Below, piece after piece: positions 1-11,964 of a stretch of 64,000 bases of DNA (within the stretch, counting starts at the first letter, position 1; every line of letters starts with the position of its first letter). The stretch is taken from NCBI GenBank assembly GCA_963748015.1, contig CAVVHE010000005.1, positions 64,001 through 128,000 of the forward strand, read 5' to 3'. The notes under the pieces are model-generated. The model worked only from the letters and a program-made list of their open reading frames with translations. It was not told the DNA's origin and searched no databases. Origin of the DNA: Terriglobia bacterium (GTDB taxonomy: Bacteria; Acidobacteriota; Polarisedimenticolia; Polarisedimenticolales; JAIQFR01). The translations under genes and the position numbers were made by a program.

Positions 1-49
1 GCCAAGCGGCCGCCGTGGCAGCGCCTATCAGGAGCAGGGTGCGGTTCAT
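1..49 (-). CDS. Possible 5' end of a secreted protein running off the window edge
   Basis: ATG at 49 reads MNRTLLLIGAATAAAW, signal-peptide-like; only 16 codons visible. Confidence 0.3.
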   Translation of the reverse strand, partial: MNRTLLLIGAATAAAW

Positions 50-234
50 TCGGGGTTATGTTGGCTGCCTGGCGACCATGGGCCTTAGCAGCAGGGCGAC
101 CGAGCCTAGATCCACAGCCGGAAGCTGGCAAGATCCAGCCGAACCGATGCACCCCTGTGCTCAGTTTCTTGCAGGTGTGGGAGGACGGTGGGGTTCTAAC
201 CCTCACCCCCTACCCGATGCGCCCGGCGGTGTGC

Positions 235-275
235 AAAGAAGAAGCCCCACGGGCGAATTTCCACCTGCGGGGCTT
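235..275 (-). terminator. Probable intrinsic terminator of pckG
   Basis: AAGCCCC...GGGGCTT stem followed by a T-rich tract on the minus strand, 30 bp past the stop codon. Confidence 0.55.
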
Positions 276-306
276 GATCGGTTTATGAATTCGCGGCGGG
301 GAGGCT

Positions 307-2128
307 TCAGCCCAAGCGCTGTTTCAACCCGTTCAACTGAGCCTGCAAGGGTGCCGGCACTCCGCCAAGCTCCTGGTAATACTTCTCAATACCCGCGACT
401 TCCTTTCTCCAGCCATCCATGTCCACCGCCAGCAACTGATCCAGATCCTCGCAAGGGATGTCGAGACCGGATAGGTCGAGGGCGTCCTTGGTCGGCAGGT
501 TGCCGATTGGCGTCTTCTGGGCCTTGCCGGTGCCGTCCACGCGTTCGCAGATCCACTTGAGCACCCGGCTATTGTCGCCAAAACCGGGCCACAGCCATTT
601 GCCGGTCGTCATCCTTGCGGAACCAGTTCACGAAGAAAACCTTCGGCAGCTTGCTGCGGTCGGTCTTTTCCGCCATGGACAGCCAGTGGGCGAAGTAATC
701 GCCCATGTTGTAGCCGCAGAACGGCAGCATGGCGAACGGGTCGCGCCGCAGCACGCCGGCGGAGCCCAGCGCGGCCGCGGTGGTTTCCGAACCGCAGGCC
801 GAACCCATAAACACGCCGTGTTCCCAATCGAACGCTTCGTTGGCCAGCGGGATCGTGCTGGGGCGGCGTCCGCCGAAGAGGATGGCCGAAAGCGGCACGC
901 CGGCGGGATTCTGCCAGTCGGGATCGATCACCGGGCATTGGGAGGCCGGGGCGGTGAAACGGGAGTTGGGATGGGCCGCCTTCTTGCCGCTGTCTGGCGT
1001 CCAGTCGTTGCCTTCCCAGTCGATCCCCTTGGCCGGCGCAGGCACGCCCATGTCCTCCCACCACACGTCGTTGTCGGGCGTCAGCACGACATTGGTGAAG
1101 ATGGTGTTCTTGGCGCAGGCGGCGAGCGCATTGGGATTGGAGTTGGCGGAGGTACCGGGCGCGACGCCGAAGAAGCCGGTTTCAGGGTTCATGGCGTAGA
1201 GCCGGCCATCCTCGCCCACGCGGATCCAGGCGATGTCGTCGCCCAAGGTGGTGACTTTCCAGCCGGGCAGAGTGGGCTGCATCATGGCCAGATTGGTCTT
1301 GCCGCAGGCGCTCGGGAAGGCGGCGGCGACGTAATGCTTCTTGCCGGCGGGCGAAGTCAGGCAGAGGATCAGCATGTGCTCGGCCATCCAGCCTTCCTTC
1401 TTGGCCATCGGTGGAGGCGATGCGCAGCGCCAGGCATTTCTTGCCCAGCAGCGCGTTGCCGCCGTAACCCGAACCGTAAGACCAGATCGAGGGTTCCTCG
1501 GGGAAATGGACGATGTACTTGTTCTTCGGATCGGGTTCGCACGGCCAGGCGACGTCGGCCTGACCGGGTTGGAGGGGCGCTCCGACCGAGTGCATGCAAG
1601 GAATGAACTTCCCGTTTGCGCCCAGCTTGTTGAGCACCGCCTGGCCCATGCGGGTCATGATCCGCATGTTGACCACCACGTAGGCGGAGTCCGAGATTTC
1701 AATGCCGATCTTGCAGATGGGGGAATCCAGCGGACCCATCGCGAAGGGAATGACATACATCGTGCGACCCTTCATGCAGCCCCGGAAGAGCTGCTTCATC
1801 TTGGCCTTCATTTCCACAGGGTCGGCCCAGTGGTTGGTTGGACCCGCCTCCTCCTTGGTTTTGGAGCAGATGAAGGTGCGGTCTTCGACCCGGGCCACGT
1901 CACTGGGATGTGAACGGGCCAGATAGCTGCCGGGGCGCTTGGCTTCGCGTTCAGCTTGGTGAACGTACCCGCCTTGACCAAGGCCTCGCAAAGCTGCTGG
2001 TTTTCAGCCTCCGAACCGTCGCACCACCAGACATTGGCCGGTTGACACAGTTCGATCATGTCCTTGACCCAGGCGTGCAATGTGGCGTGGGTTGTCTTAC
2101 CGTTTCCGAGTGTTTTCGTGTCGCTCAT
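307..2128 (-). CDS. pckG: Phosphoenolpyruvate carboxykinase (GTP); about 3 single-base frameshifts
   Basis: Motifs [69 protein letters not shown] spread over ORFs 1808-2239, 1182-1991, 569-1408 and 307-612. Confidence 0.93.
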
Positions 2129-2384
2129 GTTTGTCAGTTTCGATTTCGATGTAATGGGCACAGGGAGTCCGGCGGGCGTGAATTGCCTCCTGCCGGGGTC
2201 TAGTACGCAACCGTGACCATGAGAACGATCTTTGGTCACGCTTGTCCTCGCCTGAGGCCCGCGAAGATTAGCGGGCCAGCGGGGTTAGGGCCAGAAGAAT
2301 CGGTCCTCCTGCGGCACCCCCGAATTGCGACCCCTCCCGGGTAACAGCCACTTCTGGCGCACGGGGCGTTGGCTGGCGCAGGAC

Positions 2385-2416
2385 AAGAAGAAACGCCGGA
2401 GCACGCTCCGGCATTT
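2385..2416 (-). terminator. Intrinsic terminator
   Basis: GCCGGAGC-ac-GCTCCGGC hairpin with TTTCTTCTT tail on the minus strand, downstream of the 2444 stop. Confidence 0.6.
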
Positions 2417-2443
2417 GAGGGAAACCTGGGTGAGTGTCTCCAG

Positions 2444-3430
2444 TCAGGCTTCGGAAAAGGCGCTCTGAATCACGATCTTGCCCGCGTCGTCGGGGGCGTC
2501 AGACTTGACATCGTCATTGGCGCTTGAAAAGGCGAGGTAGAGGAAGGCTAACAGGTTGGTGACCGGCAGGATCAGGAAGATGGTGACCCAGAGGCTCTTG
2601 CCCCGGGCCTGGACGATCTTCACGCACCAGACGATCATCGCGACCACCTGGAGCACGGAAGTGACCGCGCCGAGAATCGAGAGGCTGCCCATCACTTTCG
2701 CGACATTCAGAGCCAGCCCCCCAAACATGACCACCGGGATGGCGGCGGCGACCAGCAGCGGGCTGATCCAGAAGAGGAACCAGAGCATCGACATGCCGGC
2801 CGCGCGCAGCATGGGGACGAGTTGTAGGATCGGCAACCAGATCATCAGTCCTGCTTCGGTGCCTGTCTTTTGCACGATTAGCTTGAGGCAGTAGCAGAAG
2901 AACAGATAGACCAGCAGAGCCACAGCCAGAATGCCGATGAGGAAGGGCATGAGTCGTTTGAGTTGCTCGGGGTTGGGCGCCAATTGTCCGGGCAGGAACC
3001 CCGGAGCCCCGCTTCCCATCGATTCCTGGCCATCCGTGCTGGCGGACGTGGGCAGGGAGGCGGATTCCAATACCTTCGCCAGGGCTGCCGGCATCCGCTT
3101 TTCCTTCGCGGCCGCTTCGGCTGCCGCCAGCGCTTCCCGGGAGCCGGGTTCCAACGGCTTGTCTCCAAGGCCCAACCGCCAAAGCGTTTCCGGATCCAGA
3201 TCGTTCATCTTCACATTGGCCATCCCGCCGGAATGAACGATGAAAATGTCCGTCTGGTTGCGGCCGGTCATTGTCACATTCCGATACACGTCCGTCTTGG
3301 TCTGGATCACGTCCAGATGCGCATCCCCAGCTACACTTGTGCTGTTGAGCAGCAGAGCCAGCCCGATGCCTAGGAGCACAGCCATGACGGACCGGATCAG
3401 CATATTGAAGATTGGGTGATTTGTTTTCAT
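2444..3430 (-). CDS. Membrane protein with N-terminal signal/soluble domain and C-terminal DUF5684-like TM bundle
   Basis: Long ORF; hydrophobic C-terminal helices (IWLPILQLVPMLRAAG, RGKSLWVTIFLILP). Confidence 0.7.
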   Translation of the reverse strand: MKTNHPIFNMLIRSVMAVLLGIGLALLLNSTSVAGDAHLDVIQTKTDVYRNVTMTGRNQTDIFIVHSGGMANVKMNDLDPETLWRLGLGDKPLEPGSREALAAAEAAAKEKRMPAALAKVLESASLPTSASTDGQESMGSGAPGFLPGQLAPNPEQLKRLMPFLIGILAVALLVYLFFCYCLKLIVQKTGTEAGLMIWLPILQLVPMLRAAGMSMLWFLFWISPLLVAAAIPVVMFGGLALNVAKVMGSLSILGAVTSVLQVVAMIVWCVKIVQARGKSLWVTIFLILPVTNLLAFLYLAFSSANDDVKSDAPDDAGKIVIQSAFSEA

Positions 3431-3628
3431 GCGTATCCTTTTGCAAATGCTACAGCCTTGTCCCTCCATTGATATTGAGGACGACCCCTTCGGGCAGAAA
3501 GCGTGCCACAGGAACGGAACAGCAAGTCTGAAGTTCGAAAGGATGGGCCAGTGCGATGCGCCTGATTCGCTTTCCAAGCTCTTGGACTTCGGACCCCGAC
3601 CTTCAGACTTCAGAGTTTGCTACACCGC

Positions 3629-6232
3629 TTACCGCCCGGCGCCGTCCATTCCGGTGCCATCCAGGTCTATGAGGATCTCCCGGGGTTCGGCGCCTTTGCT
3701 GGGGCCGACGATGCCGCGGGTTTCGAGTTCGTCCATGATACGCGCGGCGCGGGTGTAGCCCAAGCGGAGGCGGCGCTGGAGCAGCGAGACGCTGGCCTTC
3801 TGTTCCGATCGAATCACTTCAATGCATTGCTCGATCAGGTTCTCGTCCTCGTCGATGCTGCTCTCGCTGGGCAGACCGCTGGCTGGCTTCTGGAGTTCCT
3901 TGTGAATCTCCAGCTCGTAGCTCGGTTTCGCCTGTTTGGCGATGAAGTCCACAATGGCGGTGATCTCCTCGTCCGTAATCAGCGCGCCTTGTGCGCGGTT
4001 CAGCTTGGCGGAGCCGGGCGGAAGATAGAGCATGTCACCCTTGCCCAGGAGCTTGTCGGCTCCCATGGCGTCGAGGATCGTGCGCGAGTCCACCCGTTGA
4101 GCAACTTGGAATGCGATGCGTGCCGGGATGTTGGCTTTGATGACGCCCGTGATGACATCCACCGACGGGCGTTGGGTGGCCACGATGCAGTGAATGCCGG
4201 CCGCGCGGGCCATCTGCGTGATGCGGGCGATGGCCATCTCCACGTCCGCGGGCGCCACCAGCATCAGGTCGGCCAGCTCGTCGATGATGACCACGATGTA
4301 GCTCAGCTTCTCCGGGATGACGATTTCGTCTTCGCGGGGCACGACGATTTCCTCATCCACTTCCACCGCGAAGCCGTCCGCACCGGCCTCCACGTTTTCC
4401 TTGCGGGCGGTGAGCGGCAGCTCGGGTTCCTGGGGCGGCAACGGTTTGTCTTTGGGGCGGGCGTTGAAGGAATTGATGTTGCGGACCCCGACGCGTGCAA
4501 AGATCTGGTAACGCTTTTCCATCTCGCGAATGACCCATTGCAGTGCCAGCGTCACCTTCTTGGGATCGGTGACCACCGGCACCACCAGGTGGGGGAGGGC
4601 GTTATAATGCTGCAACTCGACCACCTTCGGATCGATCATTACGAAGCGGAGCTGGTCCGGGGAAAACCGGTAGAGCAGGGAGGTGATGATGAGATTGATG
4701 CAGACCGACTTGCCGGAGCCCGTGCTGCCCGCGATGAGCAGGTGCGGCATGTCCGCCAGATCGGCGATGATCGGTTTGCCGTAAACATCCTTGCCCAGCG
4801 CCACCGGAATCCGGGCCTTGGTGTTGCGCCACTCGTCGGCTTCCAGCAGATCGCGGGCGATTACCTTGGTCTTGACCGGATTCGGCACCTCGATGCCGAC
4901 GGAACTCTTGCCGGGGACGGGAACCAGGATATGAATCCGTTCGGCCTTGAGGGCTGCGGCCAGGTTGTTGCTCAGGCTCTGGATCTTCTCCAGCTTGACG
5001 CCGGGGGCCGGATGCAGTTCGTAACGGGTGATGGTCGGGCCCTTGGTGATGTCGCCCGGTTCGACCTCGATGCCAAACTGCGCCAGCGTTTGCTGCATCA
5101 ACCGCGCCTTGGCCATCAACTCCTCCTTGCTCTCGGTGGGACGCAGGCTAGGGTCCGGGTAATTCAAGAGTTCCAGTGGCGGCAGCTTGTAATCGCCAAT
5201 CATGGGCACAGCCGCTACGGCGACTGGCTTGCGCTTTGCCGCTTTGGATTTGGCTGCGGCCAGGGGCTTGGCCGTCGCCACGGCCTCCTCTACACCTGAT
5301 CCCGCTTCATCCTCCTCGTTCTCGACTTCGACTTCTGGCGCCTCAGCCTTCTCCGCTGGCTTGGCCGTGAACGGGTTGTCAGCCCCGAGGATGTCCGCTG
5401 TGGAGGCCGCCTGCAGTTCCTTCTGGGAGATGGTCATCACCGGTTCCTCCTCCACCGGTTCCTCCACCTTGGGTTCTTTCCGGTCTTCCTTGGCCGGGCG
5501 CTTGGTGGGCACGCTCAAGTCTCTGACCTCCGGTGTAGGCACGGGCTGCCCATCGGCTCCCAGACCTGCTTTGCGCGCCTGTTCGACCTCTCGCCGCAGC
5601 CGTTCCTCGGTTTCCTTGAGCTGCTGCGCCTTGCGTTCGAGCCGCGATCCTTCCAAACCCACGACCGCCTCGCTGCCCTTGCCCGTCATCGCGCGAATCC
5701 AAACACCCAACCGAAAGTTGGTGAGGTAGAGCAGCGTGATGAAATAGAGCATCAGGAACAGGATCGTGGCCCCCACCCGGCCGAAGTATCCGAAGAGGAA
5801 CTTGTTCAAGCATACGCCAGAGACGCCGCCGGCGGTGATGAACAGCCGTTCCGTCATCCCTCCGATAAGGTGACCATGCAGATCCAGCAACCCGGTGCCG
5901 CAGATCATGAAGACCACCAGCCAGGCCCAGCGCCGGCGCAGGTAGCCAAAGGCCTCAAAGAAGCAGCCCAGGCCCAGAAAGAAGGTCAGGACCGGCAGGA
6001 TGTAGGCCGCCATGCCGAACCAAAACAGGAAGTAATATCCCATCCAAGCCCCAAACGACCCGATCCAGTTGCCAACCGGCACGTTCACGGGCAGGCCATT
6101 CCTGGAGACATCGTGGGGATCATAGGAGAAGAGCGCCACCAGGAGGAGCGCCGAGAATCCCATGAACACAATCCCCGCCACGTCCCCAAGTCCGCCCGTT
6201 GAATCCAGGTCAGTTGTCGACCGTTTTGCCAT
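3629..6232 (-). CDS. ftsK: DNA translocase FtsK/SpoIIIE
   Basis: N-terminal 4TM; PHLLIAGSTGSGKS Walker A; IDELADLM; ATQRPSVDVITG; gamma domain LQRRLRLGYTRAARIMDELE. Confidence 0.97.
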   Translation of the reverse strand: MAKRSTTDLDSTGGLGDVAGIVFMGFSALLLVALFSYDPHDVSRNGLPVNVPVGNWIGSFGAWMGYYFLFWFGMAAYILPVLTFFLGLGCFFEAFGYLRRRWAWLVVFMICGTGLLDLHGHLIGGMTERLFITAGGVSGVCLNKFLFGYFGRVGATILFLMLYFITLLYLTNFRLGVWIRAMTGKGSEAVVGLEGSRLERKAQQLKETEERLRREVEQARKAGLGADGQPVPTPEVRDLSVPTKRPAKEDRKEPKVEEPVEEEPVMTISQKELQAASTADILGADNPFTAKPAEKAEAPEVEVENEEDEAGSGVEEAVATAKPLAAAKSKAAKRKPVAVAAVPMIGDYKLPPLELLNYPDPSLRPTESKEELMAKARLMQQTLAQFGIEVEPGDITKGPTITRYELHPAPGVKLEKIQSLSNNLAAALKAERIHILVPVPGKSSVGIEVPNPVKTKVIARDLLEADEWRNTKARIPVALGKDVYGKPIIADLADMPHLLIAGSTGSGKSVCINLIITSLLYRFSPDQLRFVMIDPKVVELQHYNALPHLVVPVVTDPKKVTLALQWVIREMEKRYQIFARVGVRNINSFNARPKDKPLPPQEPELPLTARKENVEAGADGFAVEVDEEIVVPREDEIVIPEKLSYIVVIIDELADLMLVAPADVEMAIARITQMARAAGIHCIVATQRPSVDVITGVIKANIPARIAFQVAQRVDSRTILDAMGADKLLGKGDMLYLPPGSAKLNRAQGALITDEEITAIVDFIAKQAKPSYELEIHKELQKPASGLPSESSIDEDENLIEQCIEVIRSEQKASVSLLQRRLRLGYTRAARIMDELETRGIVGPSKGAEPREILIDLDGTGMDGAGR

Positions 6233-6331
6233 GCGGCGAACCTAGCAATTCTGGTGCGAGTTCAAAGCGCAAATCCTCGCTCACCGTGTGCTTGAATCGG
6301 TCACTGTGACTGTTACTGTGGGGTGCGCCGG

Positions 6332-7942
6332 ATGTCCGAGACCAAGCCATCACCGTTCGACCGATTCAAGGACAGGCTGCATCATCTGTTTGTGGGCGGC
6401 GACGAGGTGGGGCGCGACCGTGCGCCCACTCACCTGCAGCAGTACTTCCAATTCTGGCGCCTGGCGATTGAAAGCTTCACCAGAAATCGGCTTCCCGTCC
6501 GCGCGGCGTCTCTGTCCTACACGACGATCCTTGCCCTGGTTCCTATGCTAGCCGTGGCCATGGGCATCACCAGCAGCTTCCTGAAGGACCAAAGCGAGGA
6601 ACGGATCGCCCGATTCGTGGATCACTTGGTCGAAAGCGTCGTGCCACCGGCTGTGCTGACTAACACCGCTCCCCGCAGGGGAGTTGTCGGCGGTGCGGGC
6701 GTCGGAGAACAACCAGCCACACTTCCCGGACGGGACTTGCACGCGGTCGATCCGATCGAGCGGATCTCGACCAACGCCGATTCCACGCTGGTTGGGGAAG
6801 AATTGCTGTTGACGAACGCTCCGGCACTCAAACCGCGCGTGCTGGATGAGAACGTGCAGGATGATGTTGCGCGTTCCATCCGAAAGTTCATTCAGAACAC
6901 GCGCAGTGGGACCCTGGGGTTGGTCGGCACCGCCGCCCTGGTTTTTCTGGCCATTTCCATGCTGATCCGGATTGAGGACGCGTTCAACGACGTCTGGGGC
7001 GTGCGCAAAGGGCGGAGCTGGTTCATGCGGTTGGTCCTGTACTGGACAGTGATTTCCCTGGCGCCGGTCATGTTGGCGGTGGCGTTGGGCCTGGCCACTG
7101 GACCGCATCTGGCCGCCACGCAGCGGCTGATCGGCGAAATTCCCCTGCTGGGCTGGGTGGTGTTCCAAGTCCTTCCCGTTATTGTGTTATGCCTGGCTTT
7201 TGCCGTCTTCTACATGCTGATGCCCAACACCAAGGTGCGGTGGAACGCGGCATTGGTCGGCGGTGTGGTGGCCGCCTTGTTGTGGCACATCAACAATTCA
7301 CTGAGCGCGCTCTACGTCTCGCGCGTGGTCACCAACTTCAAGATCTACGGCGGTATCGGCCTCGTGCCGGTCTTCATGATCGGGCTCTATTTCGCCTGGG
7401 TCATCCTTCTCTTTGGCGGGCAGGTTTCCTACGCTTGGCAAAATCGACTGGCCTATTTCCAGGAACGAGTCAGCGATAACGTAAACCAGCGCGGCAAGGA
7501 GTTTGTGGCCCTGCGCCTCATGACCGCCATCAGCGCCGCCTACGTGCGCGGTGTGGAGCCGCCCTCTGAATCCCAGATGTCTGAGACGCTGGAAATCCCG
7601 CCCCGTCTGACGCAGCAGGTCCTGCGAACGCTGGTGGCCTCCCGCCTGATCACCGAAGTGTCGGGAAGCGAGCCGGCCTATGTGCCGGCGCGTCCGACCG
7701 AATCCATTTCCTGCTACGACGTTCTCCAAGCGCTGCGGGCCGGGCAGGGCACCGATGTCACCTTCCAGGAGGAACCGCTGCACCGCCAGATCCTCGGGGA
7801 GTTCCAACGCATCAATGACGCCGAACGTCGCGCCGCGGAGTCAGTTTCCATTCAGGCCCTGGCGGATCGGGCCAATGCTTTGGCCCTTGGCGGGGTCTCC
7901 CAACCAGGGCGGCTAACGGGCGGGGATACGGAAAGGACCTGA
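6332..7942 (+). CDS. YihY/BrkB family membrane protein with C-terminal wHTH-like domain
   Basis: RAASLSYTTILALVP, IEDAFNDVW, FKIYGGIGLVPVFMIGLYFAWVILLFG. Confidence 0.88.
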   Translation: MSETKPSPFDRFKDRLHHLFVGGDEVGRDRAPTHLQQYFQFWRLAIESFTRNRLPVRAASLSYTTILALVPMLAVAMGITSSFLKDQSEERIARFVDHLVESVVPPAVLTNTAPRRGVVGGAGVGEQPATLPGRDLHAVDPIERISTNADSTLVGEELLLTNAPALKPRVLDENVQDDVARSIRKFIQNTRSGTLGLVGTAALVFLAISMLIRIEDAFNDVWGVRKGRSWFMRLVLYWTVISLAPVMLAVALGLATGPHLAATQRLIGEIPLLGWVVFQVLPVIVLCLAFAVFYMLMPNTKVRWNAALVGGVVAALLWHINNSLSALYVSRVVTNFKIYGGIGLVPVFMIGLYFAWVILLFGGQVSYAWQNRLAYFQERVSDNVNQRGKEFVALRLMTAISAAYVRGVEPPSESQMSETLEIPPRLTQQVLRTLVASRLITEVSGSEPAYVPARPTESISCYDVLQALRAGQGTDVTFQEEPLHRQILGEFQRINDAERRAAESVSIQALADRANALALGGVSQPGRLTGGDTERT

Positions 7943-7943
7943 C

Positions 7944-9044
7944 ATGATTGTTGGCGTTCCCAAAGAGATCAAACGGCAGGAGCACAGGGTTGCCCTGCTG
8001 CCCTCAGGCGCTTATCACCTGGTTCGGCGCGGACACTGCGTGGTGGTCGAGCGAGGGGCCGGGGTGGATGCTGGATTCCACGATGAGGAATACGAGCGGG
8101 CGGGGGCGACCCTGGTGGACGCGGCCGCAGCGGTGTTCGATCAGGCCGAGCTGGTGGTGAAGGTGAAGGAGCCGCAACCGTCCGAGTACGGCCTGCTGCG
8201 ACAGGGCCAGGTGCTGTTCACCTACCTGCACCTGGCAGCCAACCGCGAGTTGACCCAGGCCTTGATTGATTCGGGCGTGACGGCACTGGCCTATGAGACC
8301 ATCGAGGTGAACGGACGGTTGCCATTGTTGGAGCCGATGAGTGAGATCGCAGGCCGGATGAGCATCATTGTAGGCGGCTACTTTCTCACCAAACATTGCG
8401 GCGGGAGCGGTGTGTTGTTGGGCGGCGTGCCCGGGGTTTTGCCGGGCAAGGTGCTGGTGCTGGGCGGCGGCACGTCCGGGGTCAACGCCGCGCGCATGGC
8501 GCAGGGCCTGGGAGCCGACGTGACCATCCTTGAGGTGGACGTGGAACGGATGCGGTTCCTGGACATCACCCTGCACACCGCCCACACGCTGTATTCGGAC
8601 GAATCCCATCTGCTGGAACTGCTGCCGGCAACGGATCTTCTGATCGGTGCTGTGCTGGTGCCGGGGGCGCGGGCGCCGCGGCTCATCCGGCGGGACATGC
8701 TCCGCCTCATGCGTCCAGGCAGCGTTTTTGTGGACATTGCCATTGATCAGGGGGGATGCGCCGAGACTTCACGTCCGACCACTCATGACAAGCCGGTATT
8801 TGTCGAGGAGGGGGTTGTGCATTACGGCGTCGCCAACATGCCCGCCGCCTACGCGCGCACCGCCACCCAAGCTTTGGCCAATGTGACCCACCCGTACGTC
8901 GAATACATCGCTGATCTCGGCTTGGCGGAGGCCTGCCGCAAACAGCCCGCCCTGCGCAGCGGCATCAATATCATGAATGGCCGCTGCACTCATGCAGCGG
9001 TGGCAGAAGCCCACAGCCTGGCTTGCAGCGAGCCGCTGGTCTGA
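7944..9044 (+). CDS. ald: Alanine dehydrogenase
   Basis: [48 protein letters not shown]. Confidence 0.96.
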   Translation: MIVGVPKEIKRQEHRVALLPSGAYHLVRRGHCVVVERGAGVDAGFHDEEYERAGATLVDAAAAVFDQAELVVKVKEPQPSEYGLLRQGQVLFTYLHLAANRELTQALIDSGVTALAYETIEVNGRLPLLEPMSEIAGRMSIIVGGYFLTKHCGGSGVLLGGVPGVLPGKVLVLGGGTSGVNAARMAQGLGADVTILEVDVERMRFLDITLHTAHTLYSDESHLLELLPATDLLIGAVLVPGARAPRLIRRDMLRLMRPGSVFVDIAIDQGGCAETSRPTTHDKPVFVEEGVVHYGVANMPAAYARTATQALANVTHPYVEYIADLGLAEACRKQPALRSGINIMNGRCTHAAVAEAHSLACSEPLV

Positions 9045-9141
9045 AAAACCGACTTCGGACTTCTGGGCCCAACCCTGGCCGCAAGCTTAGCGGCACGCCC
9101 TCCGCGGGATGGTGATTCCCGTGGCTCACCTCCACCGGGCG

Positions 9142-9720
9142 CTATTCGTTTATTCCCCACCGCGGGCTGGGATGCCATGGAGGCGCCGCTCCGTCCTCCG
9201 AATCAGAATCTCCTTTGCATCGTTTACGGATGCACCGGACTGTGAACTCCAACACGCGTTTGGAAGTGGTGCCGAAGTGGCAGAACAGCGTCCGACCGGT
9301 TTCGGCCGCGACTTTTCGCAGGGTGGCGAGCATGTTGCCGGCTTCCGCTGTGGGACGGACCTGGTCGTCCAGCGACGCAACGATGGCGCTCCCCGGCGAG
9401 CCGGGTTGATGCGCCCAGAGATCAATCCAGTTGATCACTTCTTGCGGCAGATTTCCGTCGCCATGGGCGGACAGCACGACCATGTCCGATTGGCGCGCTT
9501 CCCTCGCAGCCCAGTCATGCACCTCCGGCACTCGCAGCAGGTCGAACCGGCACAGTTCCACGTGAGGGTCCACAGGCCATTCAAATTGCCTGAAGACCCG
9601 CGACAAAGCAGCCTTTGAACGGAGGCCAGCCTGGACGTCCTCGTAGGCTATAAAGACCTGAAATCCCTCGTGGCTCCCGCCACCAGGGGCAGCGTCCGTT
9701 TTATGCACATGCTCCATCAC
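9142..9720 (-). CDS. Hypothetical protein (alpha/beta, possibly a degenerate receiver-like fold)
   Basis: 192-aa ORF with plausible composition; no clear family motif. Confidence 0.55.
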   Translation of the reverse strand: MMEHVHKTDAAPGGGSHEGFQVFIAYEDVQAGLRSKAALSRVFRQFEWPVDPHVELCRFDLLRVPEVHDWAAREARQSDMVVLSAHGDGNLPQEVINWIDLWAHQPGSPGSAIVASLDDQVRPTAEAGNMLATLRKVAAETGRTLFCHFGTTSKRVLEFTVRCIRKRCKGDSDSEDGAAPPWHPSPRWGINE

Positions 9721-9994
9721 TTTCCAAACTCCTGCGCCAGAACGCCTCGCACCGTCCTTGCAGACGAAATGCCACGTGGTTCAACTCTGGCTCTTGAATC
9801 GCGTGAAAACCACCCGCACCACCTGCGCTAAATTCACCTTTCTGTTCACTATAGCGTCTGTAGCCCTTGCCAGCCATCGGCAGACGTGCTGAAGCCGACT
9901 CGGCAAAATGCCTAATCCGTTAGCCGCCACCTCAGAGCACGTCGGGATTCGGAGTGGGGGGTGTCTTCAGTCACCCGGTCCCTCGGGGGGTGAC

Positions 9995-11068
9995 CTACTC
10001 AGGCGCCTGAACGGCGGAAGGGGTGAAGACTCTCATGTCCCGGGTGCGCAAGAACACGGTTTGGCCGGTTGCCAACTGGAGTTCGGCGCATCGTTCGTGG
10101 GACAGGTCCACCTGCACTGTTTGACCCCACGGGGTCAACACCTCCACTTTCACGGTCGGTCCGGCGGCGTTGATCATCTTGATGCCGGCCGCCATACAAT
10201 TGCGCCCGCCCGGTTCACGGGTGACCGCCAATTGATGCGGGCGCACATAGACGTAGGCCTCCCGAGCCTCGGCGGGTGGTGGTTCGTGCAGTTCGAACGG
10301 GACGTCGTGAACATACGCCTGGCCCTGGCGAATCTGGCACTGGAACAGATTCACGTTCCCCAAGAAATCGCAGACGAACGGTGACGATGGATGATGATAG
10401 ACTTCCTCTGGGGCGCCGACCTGGATCACGCGGCCCTTGTTCATCACCACCACCCGGTCGGCGACCTCCAGGGCCTCCTCCTGATCGTGCGTGACGAACA
10501 CGCTGGTGATCTGCACCTCGTCGTGCAGGCGCCGCAGCCAATGCCGCAGCTCGACGCGCACCTTGGCGTCCAGCGCGCCGAACGGTTCATCGAGCAACAG
10601 CACCCGCGGCTCCACGGCTAGCGCACGGGCCAGGGCCACCCGCTGTCGCTGCCCGCCCGACAGTTGAGCGGGGTAGCGCCGGGCCAGGGTTTCCAACCTC
10701 ACCAAACTCAACAATTGTTCCACACGCCGTCGGATGTCCTGTTGCGACAGGCGCCCCTTCCAGCGCACGCGCAAGCCGAACGCGATATTCTCGAAGACCG
10801 TCATGTGCCGGAAGAGGGCGTAGTGCTGGAACACGAATCCGACCCGGCGGGCCCGCACGCTCTGCGTGGTGGCGTCCTCGCCGTCGAACAGGATGTGGCC
10901 GCTGTCGGCGTAGTCCAACCCGGAAAGGATGCGCAGCAGGGTGGTTTTGCCGCAGCCGGACGGGCCGAGCAAGGCCACCAACTGGCCGGGGGCCACCTCG
11001 ATCGTGACATTGTCGAGCGCTGTGAATTCGCCGAACCGCTTGGTCAGATTCTGTACTTGGATTCTCAT
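9995..11068 (-). CDS. cysA: Sulfate ABC transporter ATP-binding subunit
   Basis: [43 protein letters not shown]-terminus; follows cysW. Confidence 0.95.
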   Translation of the reverse strand: MRIQVQNLTKRFGEFTALDNVTIEVAPGQLVALLGPSGCGKTTLLRILSGLDYADSGHILFDGEDATTQSVRARRVGFVFQHYALFRHMTVFENIAFGLRVRWKGRLSQQDIRRRVEQLLSLVRLETLARRYPAQLSGGQRQRVALARALAVEPRVLLLDEPFGALDAKVRVELRHWLRRLHDEVQITSVFVTHDQEEALEVADRVVVMNKGRVIQVGAPEEVYHHPSSPFVCDFLGNVNLFQCQIRQGQAYVHDVPFELHEPPPAEAREAYVYVRPHQLAVTREPGGRNCMAAGIKMINAAGPTVKVEVLTPWGQTVQVDLSHERCAELQLATGQTVFLRTRDMRVFTPSAVQAPE

Positions 11069-11964
11069 GCGTTGATGTCCTCCAGTCCGAGCGTCAGGGA
11101 AGCCCGCGCCTGCTGTTTGAGACGCCATTCCACCAGGCTCTTGAGCACCAAGGTGACCAGCGCCAGCAAGGCCAGGAGGGACGCGACCGCAAACGCGGCG
11201 GCCGTCTGGTACTCGTTGTAGAGAATCTCGACGTGCAGGGTCATGGTGGTGGTCTGGCCGCGGATGTGTCCGGACACCACCGAGACGGCGCCGAACTCGC
11301 CCAGGGCGCGGGCGGTGCACAGGACCGTTCCGTAGAAGAGGCCCCACTTGATATTCGGCAGGGTGACCCGTCGAAAGGTCTGCCATCCGCTCGCGCCCAG
11401 TGTCAGGGCGGCTTCCTCTTCGTCCGTGCCCTGCGCAGTCACCAGCGGGATCAATTCGCGGGCAACGAGGGGGAAGGTCACGAACACGGTGGCCAGCACG
11501 ATGCCTGGCACGGCAAAAATGATTTGGATGTCATGCTCCAGCAGCCAGGGCCCCAGCCAGCCCTGCAGGCCAAAGATCAGCACATAGATCAACCCTGACA
11601 CCACCGGTGACACCGAGAACGGCAGATCGATCAGCGTGATCAAGAAACTCCGACCCCGGAACTCGAATTTCCCGATCGCCCAGGCTGCGGCGACACCGAA
11701 CACCAGATTCAGCGGCACCGCAATGGCTGCGGCCATCAGGGTCAGTCGGATGGCGTCCAGGGCCATCGGGTCACAGATGGCTGAGAGATAGACCCGCATG
11801 CCCTTGCTCAGCGCGGTTACGAACACCACCGCCAGAGGGAGCACCAGGAAGACGGCCAAAAACGCCAGCGCCACCGCAATCAGCAGCCAGCGCATGACGC
11901 GCGGTTCGGTTACCGCGCGCTCGGCGATCCGTTTGGCAACGTGCAATCGATCCAGAGCGTTCAT
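11065..11964 (-). CDS. cysW: Sulfate ABC transporter permease CysW
   Basis: [40 protein letters not shown]. Confidence 0.95.
   Translation of the reverse strand: MNALDRLHVAKRIAERAVTEPRVMRWLLIAVALAFLAVFLVLPLAVVFVTALSKGMRVYLSAICDPMALDAIRLTLMAAAIAVPLNLVFGVAAAWAIGKFEFRGRSFLITLIDLPFSVSPVVSGLIYVLIFGLQGWLGPWLLEHDIQIIFAVPGIVLATVFVTFPLVARELIPLVTAQGTDEEEAALTLGASGWQTFRRVTLPNIKWGLFYGTVLCTARALGEFGAVSVVSGHIRGQTTTMTLHVEILYNEYQTAAAFAVASLLALLALVTLVLKSLVEWRLKQQARASLTLGLEDINA

Noticed and set aside
307..2128. Frameshifts in pckG (also the ABC gene 20200-22043, czcA, argA and the aguB-like gene) as pseudogenisation or programmed frameshifting
   Set aside because: Single-base indels in or next to short G/C runs in otherwise well-conserved genes, without slippery-site signatures; most likely long-read errors. 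The same caveat applies to frameshifts inside the island.
9995..11386. N-terminally extended CysA (463 aa) and UvrA (1072 aa)
   Set aside because: The extensions overlap cysW or repeat-rich intergenic DNA; family-typical starts are at 11068 and 47842
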